Below, in pieces: positions 32,347 to 44,243 of a stretch of 64,000 bases of DNA. Origin of the DNA: an uncultured Methanosarcinaceae archaeon (lineage in GTDB: Archaea > Halobacteriota > Methanosarcinia > Methanosarcinales > Methanosarcinaceae); the NCBI GenBank assembly GCA_963721455.1, contig CAVRJG010000045.1, forward strand, positions 1 through 64,000, written 5' to 3'. A program made the translations under genes and the position numbers. Position 1 is the stretch's first letter; each line of letters opens with the position of its first letter. Under the pieces are notes generated by a model, which was given only the letters and a program-made list of their open reading frames with translations, was not told the DNA's origin and made no database searches.

Positions 32347-32853
32347 ATGGAAGAACTTAAACGTGTAGTTTCAATTCCTTTTAAAAAAAATCTTGCAGTT
32401 TCCCTCTCGGAAAAGGATTTTGAGTTTTCCCTGGCTTTTGACCTGAAATGGTTTTCCCCGAAAATTGCCTCAAAGGTAAAGGAACGAGCCCTTGAAGTCG
32501 GCCTGCTCTCCCTTAGAGATGGTGCTCTTATACCTGGTTTTGATGTTGAAAGTGTCAGGCTTCCCCATGCGTTTAAACCGTCTGAGAATTTTCTCGAAAA
32601 CCAGGAAAATTCAGGAAAAAAATCCTCTTCTCTCAAGGAAGAGATTTCGTTTGAGCAAATCCTGGAGTTCATTTCCGCAGATACCGGAGTAAACAGACAA
32701 AGGCTCGTTTCCGAAATCAATTCCATGCAGGACAGGCTTTCCTATCTTGTGGATATTCGGATCGTGGCACTTGTTGTGGCAAGGAAGTTCGGGTGCGATA
32801 TCGAAGCAATCTTTGAGAAGGTTGCCAGGTCTGTACTCGGCCCCTCCTTTTAA
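32347..32853 (+). CDS. DUF2240 family protein
   Basis: SLAFDLKWFSP..A motif typical of this archaeal family. Confidence 0.75.
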   Translation: MEELKRVVSIPFKKNLAVSLSEKDFEFSLAFDLKWFSPKIASKVKERALEVGLLSLRDGALIPGFDVESVRLPHAFKPSENFLENQENSGKKSSSLKEEISFEQILEFISADTGVNRQRLVSEINSMQDRLSYLVDIRIVALVVARKFGCDIEAIFEKVARSVLGPSF

Positions 32854-32859
32854 TGGAGT

Positions 32860-33077
32860 TCCGCAGCTGTTCAAATGGGAAGAAGCAACGGTTGCAGTAG
32901 AGGTATGAGCCGGATGCGGCGTATCTGTATGAGACCGCAAGAGATGACCTGGATTAAATTAATCGTTACATGTTTCCGATTGTAAAAATGAAGGATGGAA
33001 CGAAGTATGGGAAATACAGGATGAGGGATTTGATTATGAGATATTATAAGAGATATGAGGAGATAGGGAAAAAATAA
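32860..33077 (+). pseudogene. Decayed 3' end of an Eco57I/type IIG or DISARM DrmMI-like DNA methyltransferase gene
   Basis: Hand translation across frames: FKWEE / QRLQ*RYEPDAAYLYETARDDLD*INRYMFPIVKMKDGTKYGKYRMRDLIMRYYKRYEEIGKK*, resembling the F.W...ELDA...LY...DD.DYI..FPIVK.KD..KYGEYRT..LI C-terminus recalled for that family. Confidence 0.55.
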
Positions 33078-33111
33078 TGATCAATCTTCTCCTTTTCTTT
33101 TGGTCGTGCCC

Positions 33112-33215
33112 ATCGGATAAGTCAGGGAGATTGCTTTTCCCCTCTCCTAAGAACCGGACGTGACAGTTTCCTGTCACCCGGCTCACGCATTCTATAACCT
33201 TTTCTGAAACGGTTT
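33112..33215 (-). mobile_element. Group II intron 3' remnant (end of domain IV, domains V and VI), no RT ORF
   Basis: Minus strand GAGCCGGGTGACAGGAAACTGTCACGTCCGGTTC (33184-33151) is a 34-nt domain V with AGC triad and GAAA loop, followed by TTAGGAGAGGGGAAAAGCAATCTCCCTGACTTATCCGAT (domain VI, AY terminus). Confidence 0.85.
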
Positions 33216-33255
33216 ATATAAGAGTATGGCCGCAGGACAACTTTGTGTGATAGTT

Positions 33256-34887
33256 TCACAAATTGTTATGAATCGTCTTCATAATCGGGGGCGCCGACAT
33301 CTCTGGCGTAGCTATCTCTACATATGCACCTGTTCTAGTATTATCCAGCTCTGCCATGATCTTATCCAGGTCGCCACAGGTGGTGACCTTCCTCGTCATC
33401 CACCCATCGCAGCCAAGTACCTCTGGCAATTTATGATATTGCCATTGTGCCAGGTCGTTATAATAGTAATCTAACCTCTGAGATAGCATTCTTTCTATCA
33501 GGTAGCCATGATTGTTCAGCACGAAAATAATAGGCTTTAGACCATAGCGGTAAAACTGGCCAACCTCCTGGGCTGTCATCTGGTGCGACCCTTCTCCTGT
33601 TATAAGAATTACTCGCCGGTCTGGCGAAGCCAGCGCGGCGCCAAAGGAAGCCGGGGTAGCCCAGCCTATCGCCCCCCAGAGCGTTTGGTTATGGAACGTA
33701 GCTCCTTTCGGTAAAAATATTGGCAGTAAGCCATAAAAGGATGTACCTGAATCCACTATGATGATATCGCCGGGCTTAAAAAATTTCGTGTAGCTCGCGT
33801 ATAAATAATCAGCTGTTATCGGGTCGCTAGCATTTACCTCTGGCGTTGTGGGACGTTTAGCCATAGGTCCCCTGACATCAGTACGCTTACGAAGTCTTTT
33901 GGCGAGTTCCTCCAGTACATCTGACATTTTTAGATTGGTGTAATTAGCATACCCTATATGGACATCGTAAGGCATGACATTGATGATACGGGATTTGTCC
34001 AGTTTTGCCGTGAATCTGCCCATATTAGTATCAGACAGAATAGTGCCTATGGCAAGTATGCAGTCGCAGGATTCCACAAACTCGCTAATTTCAGGATTCA
34101 CAAGCTGTCCGCTGTATAATCCCCGATAGGAGGGATTCGTCTCGTCGAGGACTGACTTATCCATCGCCATGGTCACATAAGGTAAGCCCGAAGCATTAAC
34201 AACGGCAGTGGCCAAATCCTTAAACCCAAAGCGATCGACAAAGATGCCTGGCATGATACAGGCTTTCTTTGCATTCAATAGCTTGTTTATAATGGTCGAG
34301 ACCACTTCTTCTAGCGCCTCAGGCTCGCTTTTTACAGGCACGTTTGCCGGCGCCGGGGAAGATGATACATTTTCATGAACATAGTTGCCAGGTATGGCAA
34401 TATAGACGGGACGGTGATTCTCTAAGGCTGCTGCGATGACACGCTCGACTTCATGAATGCAGTTTTCCGGAGTAAGCATCGTCTTCGCACATACGACTGG
34501 CGTAGCCATTGCCATGAATAGGTCGAACTCTCCGTTACCCAGCGTGTGATGTACTATGGCATGTCTTTCCTGGACCGGCATATTCGGCATCCCGACAATA
34601 TGAAATACCAGATTGTGCTCCCCGTAAGAACCTGCTATGCCGCATAGCGCAGACAGTTCACCTACCCCAAAGGTAGTAGACAGCGCTGACATGCCATTGA
34701 TACGAGCATAACCGTCGGCAGCATAAGCGGCGTTCAGCTCATTGCAGCAGCCGATCCAGCGCAGCTCCTTATCATCACAGATGGCATCGTTGATAGGAAA
34801 CGCATAGTCCCCTGGCACGCCGAAAATATCCCTGATGCCCAGCTGTTTTAATCGATTCAGAAGATATTGAATAACTGTCTCAGGCAT
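33256..34887 (-). CDS. TPP-dependent alpha-keto acid decarboxylase (pyruvate/indolepyruvate decarboxylase family)
   Basis: FGVPGDY, CCNELNAAYAADGYAR, TTFGVGELSA, HHTLG, LWGAIGWATP, GEGSHQMTAQE...NNHGY.IER. Confidence 0.92.
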   Translation of the reverse strand: MPETVIQYLLNRLKQLGIRDIFGVPGDYAFPINDAICDDKELRWIGCCNELNAAYAADGYARINGMSALSTTFGVGELSALCGIAGSYGEHNLVFHIVGMPNMPVQERHAIVHHTLGNGEFDLFMAMATPVVCAKTMLTPENCIHEVERVIAAALENHRPVYIAIPGNYVHENVSSSPAPANVPVKSEPEALEEVVSTIINKLLNAKKACIMPGIFVDRFGFKDLATAVVNASGLPYVTMAMDKSVLDETNPSYRGLYSGQLVNPEISEFVESCDCILAIGTILSDTNMGRFTAKLDKSRIINVMPYDVHIGYANYTNLKMSDVLEELAKRLRKRTDVRGPMAKRPTTPEVNASDPITADYLYASYTKFFKPGDIIIVDSGTSFYGLLPIFLPKGATFHNQTLWGAIGWATPASFGAALASPDRRVILITGEGSHQMTAQEVGQFYRYGLKPIIFVLNNHGYLIERMLSQRLDYYYNDLAQWQYHKLPEVLGCDGWMTRKVTTCGDLDKIMAELDNTRTGAYVEIATPEMSAPPIMKTIHNNL

Positions 34888-35181
34888 AATAGTACCACCA
34901 AGTTCATGTTTGCTTGTTTCATCGTTTTTTCGCGTGGAGCCAGCCGGTCGAGTCGCGCAGGCCTTGATCCGCGATTGAGACCGCTCTCATACCAGGAAAC
35001 AACTCTGTCATGAGATTGGATAGTTCTTTTAGCGCCTGCCCGCAGACCTGGTACTAACTCGACATGATATTGATCGCTCCCCTACATTTATCGTTCCCCA
35101 AGTATTATAATTCCTTTAATATTATAAAAGATCGGACTTCTCTCTAATACATCCCCGATCTTCCCAAATTAGCTCCGAAAG

Positions 35182-35275
35182 CCGAGTTCCGCTTCCCGAG
35201 TTGCGCCTCCCGAGTTTCGCTTCCCGAGTTTCGCTTCGGGAGCACGATGTCCTTTTCGCTTCGCTCAAGAGGACT
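35182..35275. repeat. 14-bp tandem repeat CCGAGTTNCGC(T/C)TC x4 plus GCGAAGC-containing hairpin (REP-like)
   Basis: Units at 35182, 35196, 35210 and 35224; then GTCCTTTTCGCTTCGCTCAAGAGGAC hairpin; related copy TTCCCGAATTGCGCCTCGGAA at ~35301. Confidence 0.75.
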
Positions 35276-36185
35276 AAATTCCAAAGTTACAGCACTTTCC
35301 TTCCCGAATTGCGCCTCGGAAGCTTTCTAAGATTATGGCTTTACCTAAAAAAGAGAATACTACGGTTGCCTGGACTTCTGTTTCTCTGGTTATCTGGGGT
35401 GTTTCTCATCTGATCAGGACTGTTGATTCTCCTTTGAAGCCTTATGTTAATCGTTCTTCTGTTTCTGTGAGTAGTTGAGTTGTTTTGAAAAATATAACAT
35501 GTTGAGAACAGTGTAATTAATGTGAGCGTATTTGACAAAACAACCGATTTGCTCAGTCGGATGATGAACATAAAAAATAATGCTCGTAAAGAAATCGTTG
35601 CGGTGACCTTACATTGTTTGTATTGATCGCTACATCGTCAAAAACTTTCATACCTTCACTTACAATACGGTGATTCGTTACTAATTGCGCGTTTTTACGG
35701 ATTGGACGTTGTTTCTTTAGTGTTTTATTTTGTGTATATACAGCTTAATTTGCTTAATCATGAATCGGTATATTGTTTAGACTGCTTGATGTTTGTCTGT
35801 TTCTAAATTTAATTCTGACCAGTTTTTCAGTTCTGTAAAATTGTATAGACGTTCCTGATTTTTGGGTTATGTTGTGTGGTTTAATGTTTTATTGGATTGT
35901 TTTTCGGATTGTACCATTGGGGGTTTTGGTTTCTTTGATAATAGAGAAGTCGTGTCGCTTTAGTCCTTGATTCTGGGTGGGGCTTCCTGTTGTCATAAAG
36001 TGTATTCCGAAGGAGTACGCTGCAAGTATACCGTCAATCTGGCATGCCGCATACTGCCCCTGTTATGGGACGCGCCAGTGCAATCTAGATTCAGGAGCAT
36101 TATGAGAGGTATGAGCAGATAGAGAAGAAATAAACAAATTTTGCCATCTGGAATTATAGCAAATCAAAACTACTGATGCACATAA

Positions 36186-37176
<991 letters not shown>

Positions 37177-37183
37177 AGGGTGA

Positions 37184-37594
<411 letters not shown>

Positions 37595-37598
37595 GACT

Positions 37599-37787
37599 AT
37601 GATCCCAGTCCGATGTTTCTCATGTGGAAAAGTAATCTCAAATTATTGGGATGAGTACAAAAGACGCGTCAATGATGGCGAAAACGGTGCCGTAGTGCTG
37701 GATGATCTTGGGATCACCCGCTACTGCTGCCGCAGAATGATTCTAAGCCATGTTGAACTCGTTGATGTGCTTTCGCCGTACCAGTAA
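37599..37787 (+). CDS. rpoN: RNA polymerase subunit N (Rpo10)
   Basis: [11 protein letters not shown]...RYCCRRM. Confidence 0.96.
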   Translation: MIPVRCFSCGKVISNYWDEYKRRVNDGENGAVVLDDLGITRYCCRRMILSHVELVDVLSPYQ

Positions 37788-37862
37788 GGGACCGTAGGGT
37801 AGCTTGGTCCATCCTTCGGCGTTCGGGACGCCGGAACCTGAGTTCGAATCTCAGCGGTCCCA
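37788..37862 (+). tRNA. tRNA-Pro (CGG)
   Basis: Acceptor GGGACCG/CGGTCCC; anticodon arm CGGCG-TTCGGGA-CGCCG; T-loop GTTCGAATC; begins right after the rpoN stop. Confidence 0.95.
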
Positions 37863-37929
37863 TCCCCCTATTTCCAGGGTGCTGGTTTTCAGGCATGTAC
37901 TGTAGTACTAAATATCAAATTTATCATGA

Positions 37930-38163
<234 letters not shown>

Positions 38164-38224
38164 AAACGTAGTGGGATACAGTTTCAGATATTGAATGTGT
38201 TTTATTGTTGATTCTATATTATGA

Positions 38225-38977
<753 letters not shown>

Positions 38978-39046
38978 TCCGAAAGGCAGTCCTGCATACT
39001 GCAAGGATATATAAAAAAGACCCATATCTTATATGGGTGATCATAA

Positions 39047-39844
39047 ATGAGACAGCCAGCAGTTGCAGGGCAGTTCTATCCCCTGCGTCCTGAATATCTG
39101 GAGAAAGAACTGAAGCGATGTTTTGAAGGTCTGGAGATCCGGGAACGAAATATCCTCGGGGCAGTTTGTCCGCATGCAGGATATGTTTATTCCGGGAAAG
39201 TTGCTGCACATGTATATGCAGCTCTCCCTAAAGCCGATACCTATGTCCTTTTCGGCCCCAATCATACGGGATACGGCTCACCTGTATCAGTATCCAGGGA
39301 AACATGGAAGACCCCCCTGGGAACTGTCGAGGTTGATCTCGAACTTGCCGATAGATTTTTAGGAAGCATCGTTGATGAGGACGAGCTTGGACACAGGTAC
39401 GAACATTCTATCGAAGTTCAGCTTCCTTTCCTTCAATACCGTTTCGACCAGGATTTCCGGATACTCCCTATCTGCATGGGTATGCAGGATGAGGAGACCG
39501 CAATTGAGGTAGGAAACCTTGTTGCCGACCTCGTTTCCAAAAGCGGGAAAAAAGCAGTCTTCATCGCATCCAGTGATTTTACACATTACCAGCCTGCAGA
39601 GCTTGCAAAGGAAATGGACAATGAAATCATAGAAGCCATCCTTAATCGGGATGTTTCGGGGATATATAAAAGGCTTTATAGAAGAAACGCATCCGTGTGC
39701 GGATATGGGCCGATTGCTGCGATGCTAACAGCCTCACAAAAGCTCGGTGCGAACCGGGCCGAACTGCTAAACTATTCAAACAGTGGGGATGTTTCCGGAG
39801 ATATGAATGCAGTTGTGGGATATGCCGCGATTATCGTGGAATAA
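39047..39844 (+). CDS. MEMO1/AmmeMemoRadiSam system protein B family
   Basis: RQPAVAGQFYP, PHAGYVYSG, EHSIEVQLPFLQ, ASSDFTHY, CGYGP. Confidence 0.9.
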   Translation: MRQPAVAGQFYPLRPEYLEKELKRCFEGLEIRERNILGAVCPHAGYVYSGKVAAHVYAALPKADTYVLFGPNHTGYGSPVSVSRETWKTPLGTVEVDLELADRFLGSIVDEDELGHRYEHSIEVQLPFLQYRFDQDFRILPICMGMQDEETAIEVGNLVADLVSKSGKKAVFIASSDFTHYQPAELAKEMDNEIIEAILNRDVSGIYKRLYRRNASVCGYGPIAAMLTASQKLGANRAELLNYSNSGDVSGDMNAVVGYAAIIVE

Positions 39845-40092
39845 GAGGAATTCTTCGGAAAAATGAAGTCCATTCGTTTTTGATTCAAAAATACCGGGAT
39901 AATTATTCATGCCCGGATAAGTTTTTTTATGAATTTTCACTTTTATCTACTTACACATCAGTCTATAAACTCAGTTACACTTCAAACATAAATTCACATT
40001 ATACAGTCAAATGTAAATTCACGCTACAAATTCCGACATAAATTCACTGCTTTACATGCTTCAATCAAACTTACAAATTTCAGAGGAGTAAT

Positions 40093-40998
40093 ATGGTTTC
40101 GTGTTCTACACCCGGGAAAATCTATCTATTCGGAGAGCATGCAGTTGTCTACGGAGAAACTGCAATAGCATGTGCTGTAGATTTGAGGACCCGTGTGAGA
40201 GCAGAAATTAACGATTCTATAGTGATCCGGTCGCAAATTGGCAGGACAGGGATTGATTTTGAAAAGCATCCTTATATCTCCTCAGTTATTGAAAAGATGG
40301 GGGAAATCGCGCCGATAAGAGGTGTTCTCCTGGAAGTTGATTCCGAGATCCCTGCAGGTTCCGGGCTCGGGTCATCTGCCGCTGTTACGATTGCGAGTAT
40401 AGGTGTTCTTAATGAACTGTTTGGCTGCGGCCTTTCTCTTAACGAGATTGCAAAACTGGGCCATCAAATCGAAATCAGTGTCCAGGGAACGGCAAGCCCT
40501 ACTGATACCTATGTCTCTACTTTCGGAGGGGTTGTTACTATCCCTGACCGGAGGAAGTTGAGGACGCCGGACTGCGGAATTGTAATCGGGGACACTGGAA
40601 TTTTTTCTTCTACAAAAGAGCTTGTGGCAAATGTCAGGAAGCTCCGTGAAAGTTATCCCGAACTTATCGAACCCCTTATGGCTTCCATTGGCAGGATCTC
40701 CAAAATCGGGGAACCCCTTGTCCTGGCAGGGGATTATCCTTCCATTGGCAGGCTTATGAATGTAAACCAGGGACTTCTGGATGCCCTTGGAGTAAATATT
40801 CTTGAACTTTCGAGGTTAATTTACTCAGCTCGGGGAGCCGGAGCTTTCGGAGCAAAGATTACAGGCGCTGGCGGTGGAGGATGCATGGTTGCCCTTGCGG
40901 CACCTGACAAATGTATTCAGGTTGCTGAAGCCATCTCAGAGGCGGGGGGTAAAGTGACCATCACAAAACCCACAGAGCAGGGCTTAAAGTTAGAATGA
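40093..40998 (+). CDS. mvk: Mevalonate kinase
   Basis: PGKIYLFGEHAVVYG, PAGSGLGSSAA, KITGAGGGG. Confidence 0.95.
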   Translation: MVSCSTPGKIYLFGEHAVVYGETAIACAVDLRTRVRAEINDSIVIRSQIGRTGIDFEKHPYISSVIEKMGEIAPIRGVLLEVDSEIPAGSGLGSSAAVTIASIGVLNELFGCGLSLNEIAKLGHQIEISVQGTASPTDTYVSTFGGVVTIPDRRKLRTPDCGIVIGDTGIFSSTKELVANVRKLRESYPELIEPLMASIGRISKIGEPLVLAGDYPSIGRLMNVNQGLLDALGVNILELSRLIYSARGAGAFGAKITGAGGGGCMVALAAPDKCIQVAEAISEAGGKVTITKPTEQGLKLE

Positions 40999-41096
40999 GC
41001 AACTCAAACCTTTATCTCGTCGAAGTTTTATTTCGTTATTTCGCGGTTATCCATAAAAAACTGGGAATTATTTAAAAAGGTATCAAGTGATATGGT

Positions 41097-41879
41097 ATGA
41101 AGGTCTCAAACGAACCTGTTATCCTGAAACTTGGAGGCAGTGTCATTACTGACAAAGGCGCAGATGAAGGAGTTGTAAGAGAGGCTGATCTCCTGAGGAT
41201 TGCGAAGGAAGTTTCCGAATTTCGGGGAAAAATGATTGTTGTACACGGTGCAGGTTCCTTTGGGCATACCTACGCCAAAAAATACGGGCTTGACAGGAGT
41301 TTTGATCCAGAAGGGGTGATTATAACCCATGAATCCGTCAAGAAGCTTGCCGCTGCGGTGGTAGGTGCCCTGAACCATTTCGGAGTCCGGGCTGTGGCCA
41401 TACACCCGATGTGCTGCACGGTTTGCAGAAATGGGCGGATAGAGAGCATGTATCTTGACAACATAAAGCTCATGCTCGAGAAAGGCTTTGTCCCGGTGCT
41501 GCACGGAGATGTTGTTATGGACCTCGAACTCGGAGCGTGCGTTCTCTCAGGAGACCAGATAGTCCCCTACCTTGCAAAGGAACTCGGGATCACCAGGCTC
41601 GGGCTGGGATCGGCAGAGGATGGAGTGCTTGATAAAGATGGAAAATCCGTACCCGAAATCACCCCGGAAAAATTTGAAAATTTCAAGCATTACATAAGAG
41701 GTTCAGGAAGCACCGATGTTACGGGCGGCATGCTCGGGAAGGTACAGGAACTTCTTGAACTTAGCAAAACGTCTTGTATCACTTCATATATATTCAATGC
41801 CGGAAAAGAGGAGAATGTATACAGGTTCTTAAATGGGGAATCCATAGGGACCAGGATTAGTCCGGATAAAAGGGTATGA
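41097..41879 (+). CDS. ipk: Isopentenyl phosphate kinase
   Basis: KLGGSVITDK, HGAGSFGH, SGDQ, DVTGGM; isoprenoid operon context. Confidence 0.92.
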   Translation: MKVSNEPVILKLGGSVITDKGADEGVVREADLLRIAKEVSEFRGKMIVVHGAGSFGHTYAKKYGLDRSFDPEGVIITHESVKKLAAAVVGALNHFGVRAVAIHPMCCTVCRNGRIESMYLDNIKLMLEKGFVPVLHGDVVMDLELGACVLSGDQIVPYLAKELGITRLGLGSAEDGVLDKDGKSVPEITPEKFENFKHYIRGSGSTDVTGGMLGKVQELLELSKTSCITSYIFNAGKEENVYRFLNGESIGTRISPDKRV

Positions 41880-41882
41880 AGT

Positions 41883-42980
41883 ATGATCAACACTACCTCA
41901 AGGCGAAAGATCGAACACCTGAAACTATGTGCTGAAAGCCCGGTTGAATCCCGAAACGTCAGTGCGGGCTTTGAGGATGTGACGCTAATACACAGGGCAC
42001 TTCCGGAACTCGATATGGATAAGCTTGACCTGTCTGTGGATCTTCTCGGAAAGCACCTGAAAGCTCCTTTTTTGATCGCCTCGATTACGGGAGGGCATCC
42101 TGATACCGTTTCGGTAAACGCTGCCCTTGCCTCTGCGGCTGAAGAACTGGGAGTGGGAATAGGCGTTGGCAGCCAGAGGGCTGCAATTGATGACCCTGCC
42201 CAGGAAGAATCTTTCAGGGTTGTCAGGGAAAAAGCTCCGAATGCCTTTGTTTATGGAAATGTGGGCGCTGCCCAGATCCGCGAGTACGGGGTTGACGGAG
42301 TTGAAAAACTTGTCGAAATGATCGACGCCGATGCCCTTGCCATCCACCTGAACTTTTTACAGGAAGCCATCCAGCCAGAAGGAGATAGGGATGCCACTGG
42401 CTGTCTTGATATGATTAGAGAAATCTGCTCCGTGCTGGGTACGCCAGTAATCATTAAAGAAACAGGAGCTGGCATCTCAAGGGACGATGCCCTTCTCCTC
42501 CAGAAGGCAGGCGTGTCTGCAATTGATGTTGGAGGTGTGGGAGGCACAAGCTGGGCAGGAGTTGAGGTCTACAGGGCCAGGGAAAGCGGAGATTCTGCCT
42601 CCGAACACCTTGGGGAACTTTTTTGGGACTTTGGAATTCCCACAGTTGCCAGCATTATAGAATCAAGGGTTTCCCTCCCGATTATCGCAACGGGTGGAGT
42701 AAGGACAGGGCTTGATATAGCTAAGTCCATTGCTCTCGGAGCCAGTGCGGCAAGTGCAGCTCTTCCTTTCGTGGGTCCTGCCCTTGAAGGGAAAAGGCCG
42801 GTTGTCAGTATCCTTTCCCGTATGCTGGACGAGTTCAGAGTTGCGATGTTTCTCTGCGGCTGTGCAAATATCCAGGACCTGCGCAACGCACCTGTGGTAG
42901 TTACCGGTTGGACTCTCGAATATCTGCGGCAACGCGGCTTTAACGTAAAGGATTATGCCGTCTCAGGAGGCACTTTTTAA
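41883..42980 (+). CDS. fni: Type 2 isopentenyl-diphosphate isomerase
   Basis: RRKIEHL, SITGG, GSQRAA, HLNFLQE..QPEGD, KETGAG, GGTSW. Confidence 0.95.
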   Translation: MINTTSRRKIEHLKLCAESPVESRNVSAGFEDVTLIHRALPELDMDKLDLSVDLLGKHLKAPFLIASITGGHPDTVSVNAALASAAEELGVGIGVGSQRAAIDDPAQEESFRVVREKAPNAFVYGNVGAAQIREYGVDGVEKLVEMIDADALAIHLNFLQEAIQPEGDRDATGCLDMIREICSVLGTPVIIKETGAGISRDDALLLQKAGVSAIDVGGVGGTSWAGVEVYRARESGDSASEHLGELFWDFGIPTVASIIESRVSLPIIATGGVRTGLDIAKSIALGASAASAALPFVGPALEGKRPVVSILSRMLDEFRVAMFLCGCANIQDLRNAPVVVTGWTLEYLRQRGFNVKDYAVSGGTF

Positions 42981-43150
42981 AGTAAGGCATCATATCGGCT
43001 ACTTTTACCTGTAATCTGTATTAAAATTTACATTGTACCGGTAAGGTCTAATAACAGGCACGTTCAATAAAAGGCTCGTTCCATAACAATATTTATACAT
43101 AATATGAAAGTAATGTTTGAGAAGAAATCGTTAATATGTGAATAATGGTT

Positions 43151-43295
43151 TATGTTCCAGATAAGGGAAAAATCTACTGAGGATAAGAAATTCATGTCCC
43201 CAGATAAGGGAAAACCTGCTAGGATAAGCAATCCGTATCCTCAAATCAGGGAAAATCTAATGTGAGCATTTTATGTTCCTGAATCAAGGGAAAAT
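43151..43295. repeat. Four imperfect ~40-43-bp direct repeats with a TCC...AGGGAAAA core
   Basis: AGGGAAAA at 43164, 43207, 43248 and 43287. Confidence 0.7.
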
Positions 43296-44243
43296 TAATT
43301 AGCTCATTGTCCTTTAGGGATACCTGGCGAGTAGAAGAGAATTCATTGTCAGAGCATCCGGATAATATCTAAGTCCGACCTGAATTATCTGGAAGGTTGG
43401 TACGCAATTAAATTGGAATCTGCTTCAATGTAATCACAATTACCAGAGTTATCATTTATTTGAAGTCGGTTAAATTGAGGAATTAATTTCACAGTTACTC
43501 AGATTAAAATCATTTAGTACGAAGTTATTCCATTATTGGAGCAAGAATAATTTATAAAAGCCATTAAATAAGGAACCGCCTGGTGAGAGCCATCATGGCA
43601 AGGATAATTTAAGTAAGAATGGGCCAGCGAGAATAAACAGGAATCAAAAATCAATAAAAATAAAGAATCAATCACAAAGAGTAGATTATTAAACAAATTC
43701 CAGAAGAATCGGCTTGGATAGAAGACGATACGTTTTCAAAGCACTTTAAAGGCAGAAATCTTACCTTATAGAGCAGGTTGAGAATCAGGTCCTTAAGAAA
43801 TAATAACCAGTAAGAGTACGCAAAAGTCTCCTGTTAATCGAATTTGCAGCCGGAATTTATCTGATCCGGCAGAGAAAATCCTTTGAAAGGATGCATCGAA
43901 AGAAAACAGGATTGAAGGCAGCCCCCTGAGTTCTTAGCAGGCGTCTGAATATTTGTATACTGAAACAAATATATATTTAAAGTAGTATTCTTCTGCAAGA
44001 GACTGTAGCCTGATTCACTTCTGCAAGAGACTATAGCCGGGTTCATTTCATCCGGGAGTGGATTTCTTCCTGAGAGAAGGGTCTGAATAGTGACTGCTCT
44101 AAGGCTGATTCTTTATTAGATTCTATGTTATGCGCTATATTGTTTACATCATGGTTATTACTTTAAGGCCGTTACCTACCGGATCCGTATTTAGAGAATC
44201 CGGTTTCACAAGGACAAAAAAAATTAAATAAGAGGTAAAAAAT

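Noticed and set aside
35201-35571. 70-aa and 76-aa ORFs between the decarboxylase and rpl18e
   Set aside because: One is a translation of the repeat element, the other has no motif or RBS; probably spurious
36040-36056. ATGCGGCATGCC on the minus strand as the 5' end of the group II intron
   Set aside because: Not a GTGYG start, and I could not see domain I-III structure following it; left to a covariance-model search
37787-37790. tRNA-Pro abutting the rpoN stop codon
   Set aside because: A tRNA-Pro embedded in this ribosomal/RNAP operon is an ordinary archaeal arrangement
43151-43320. Possible degenerate CRISPR array or replication-origin (ORB) cluster
   Set aside because: The intervening sequences resemble each other rather than being unique spacers; no ORB consensus and no adjacent cdc6/orc1
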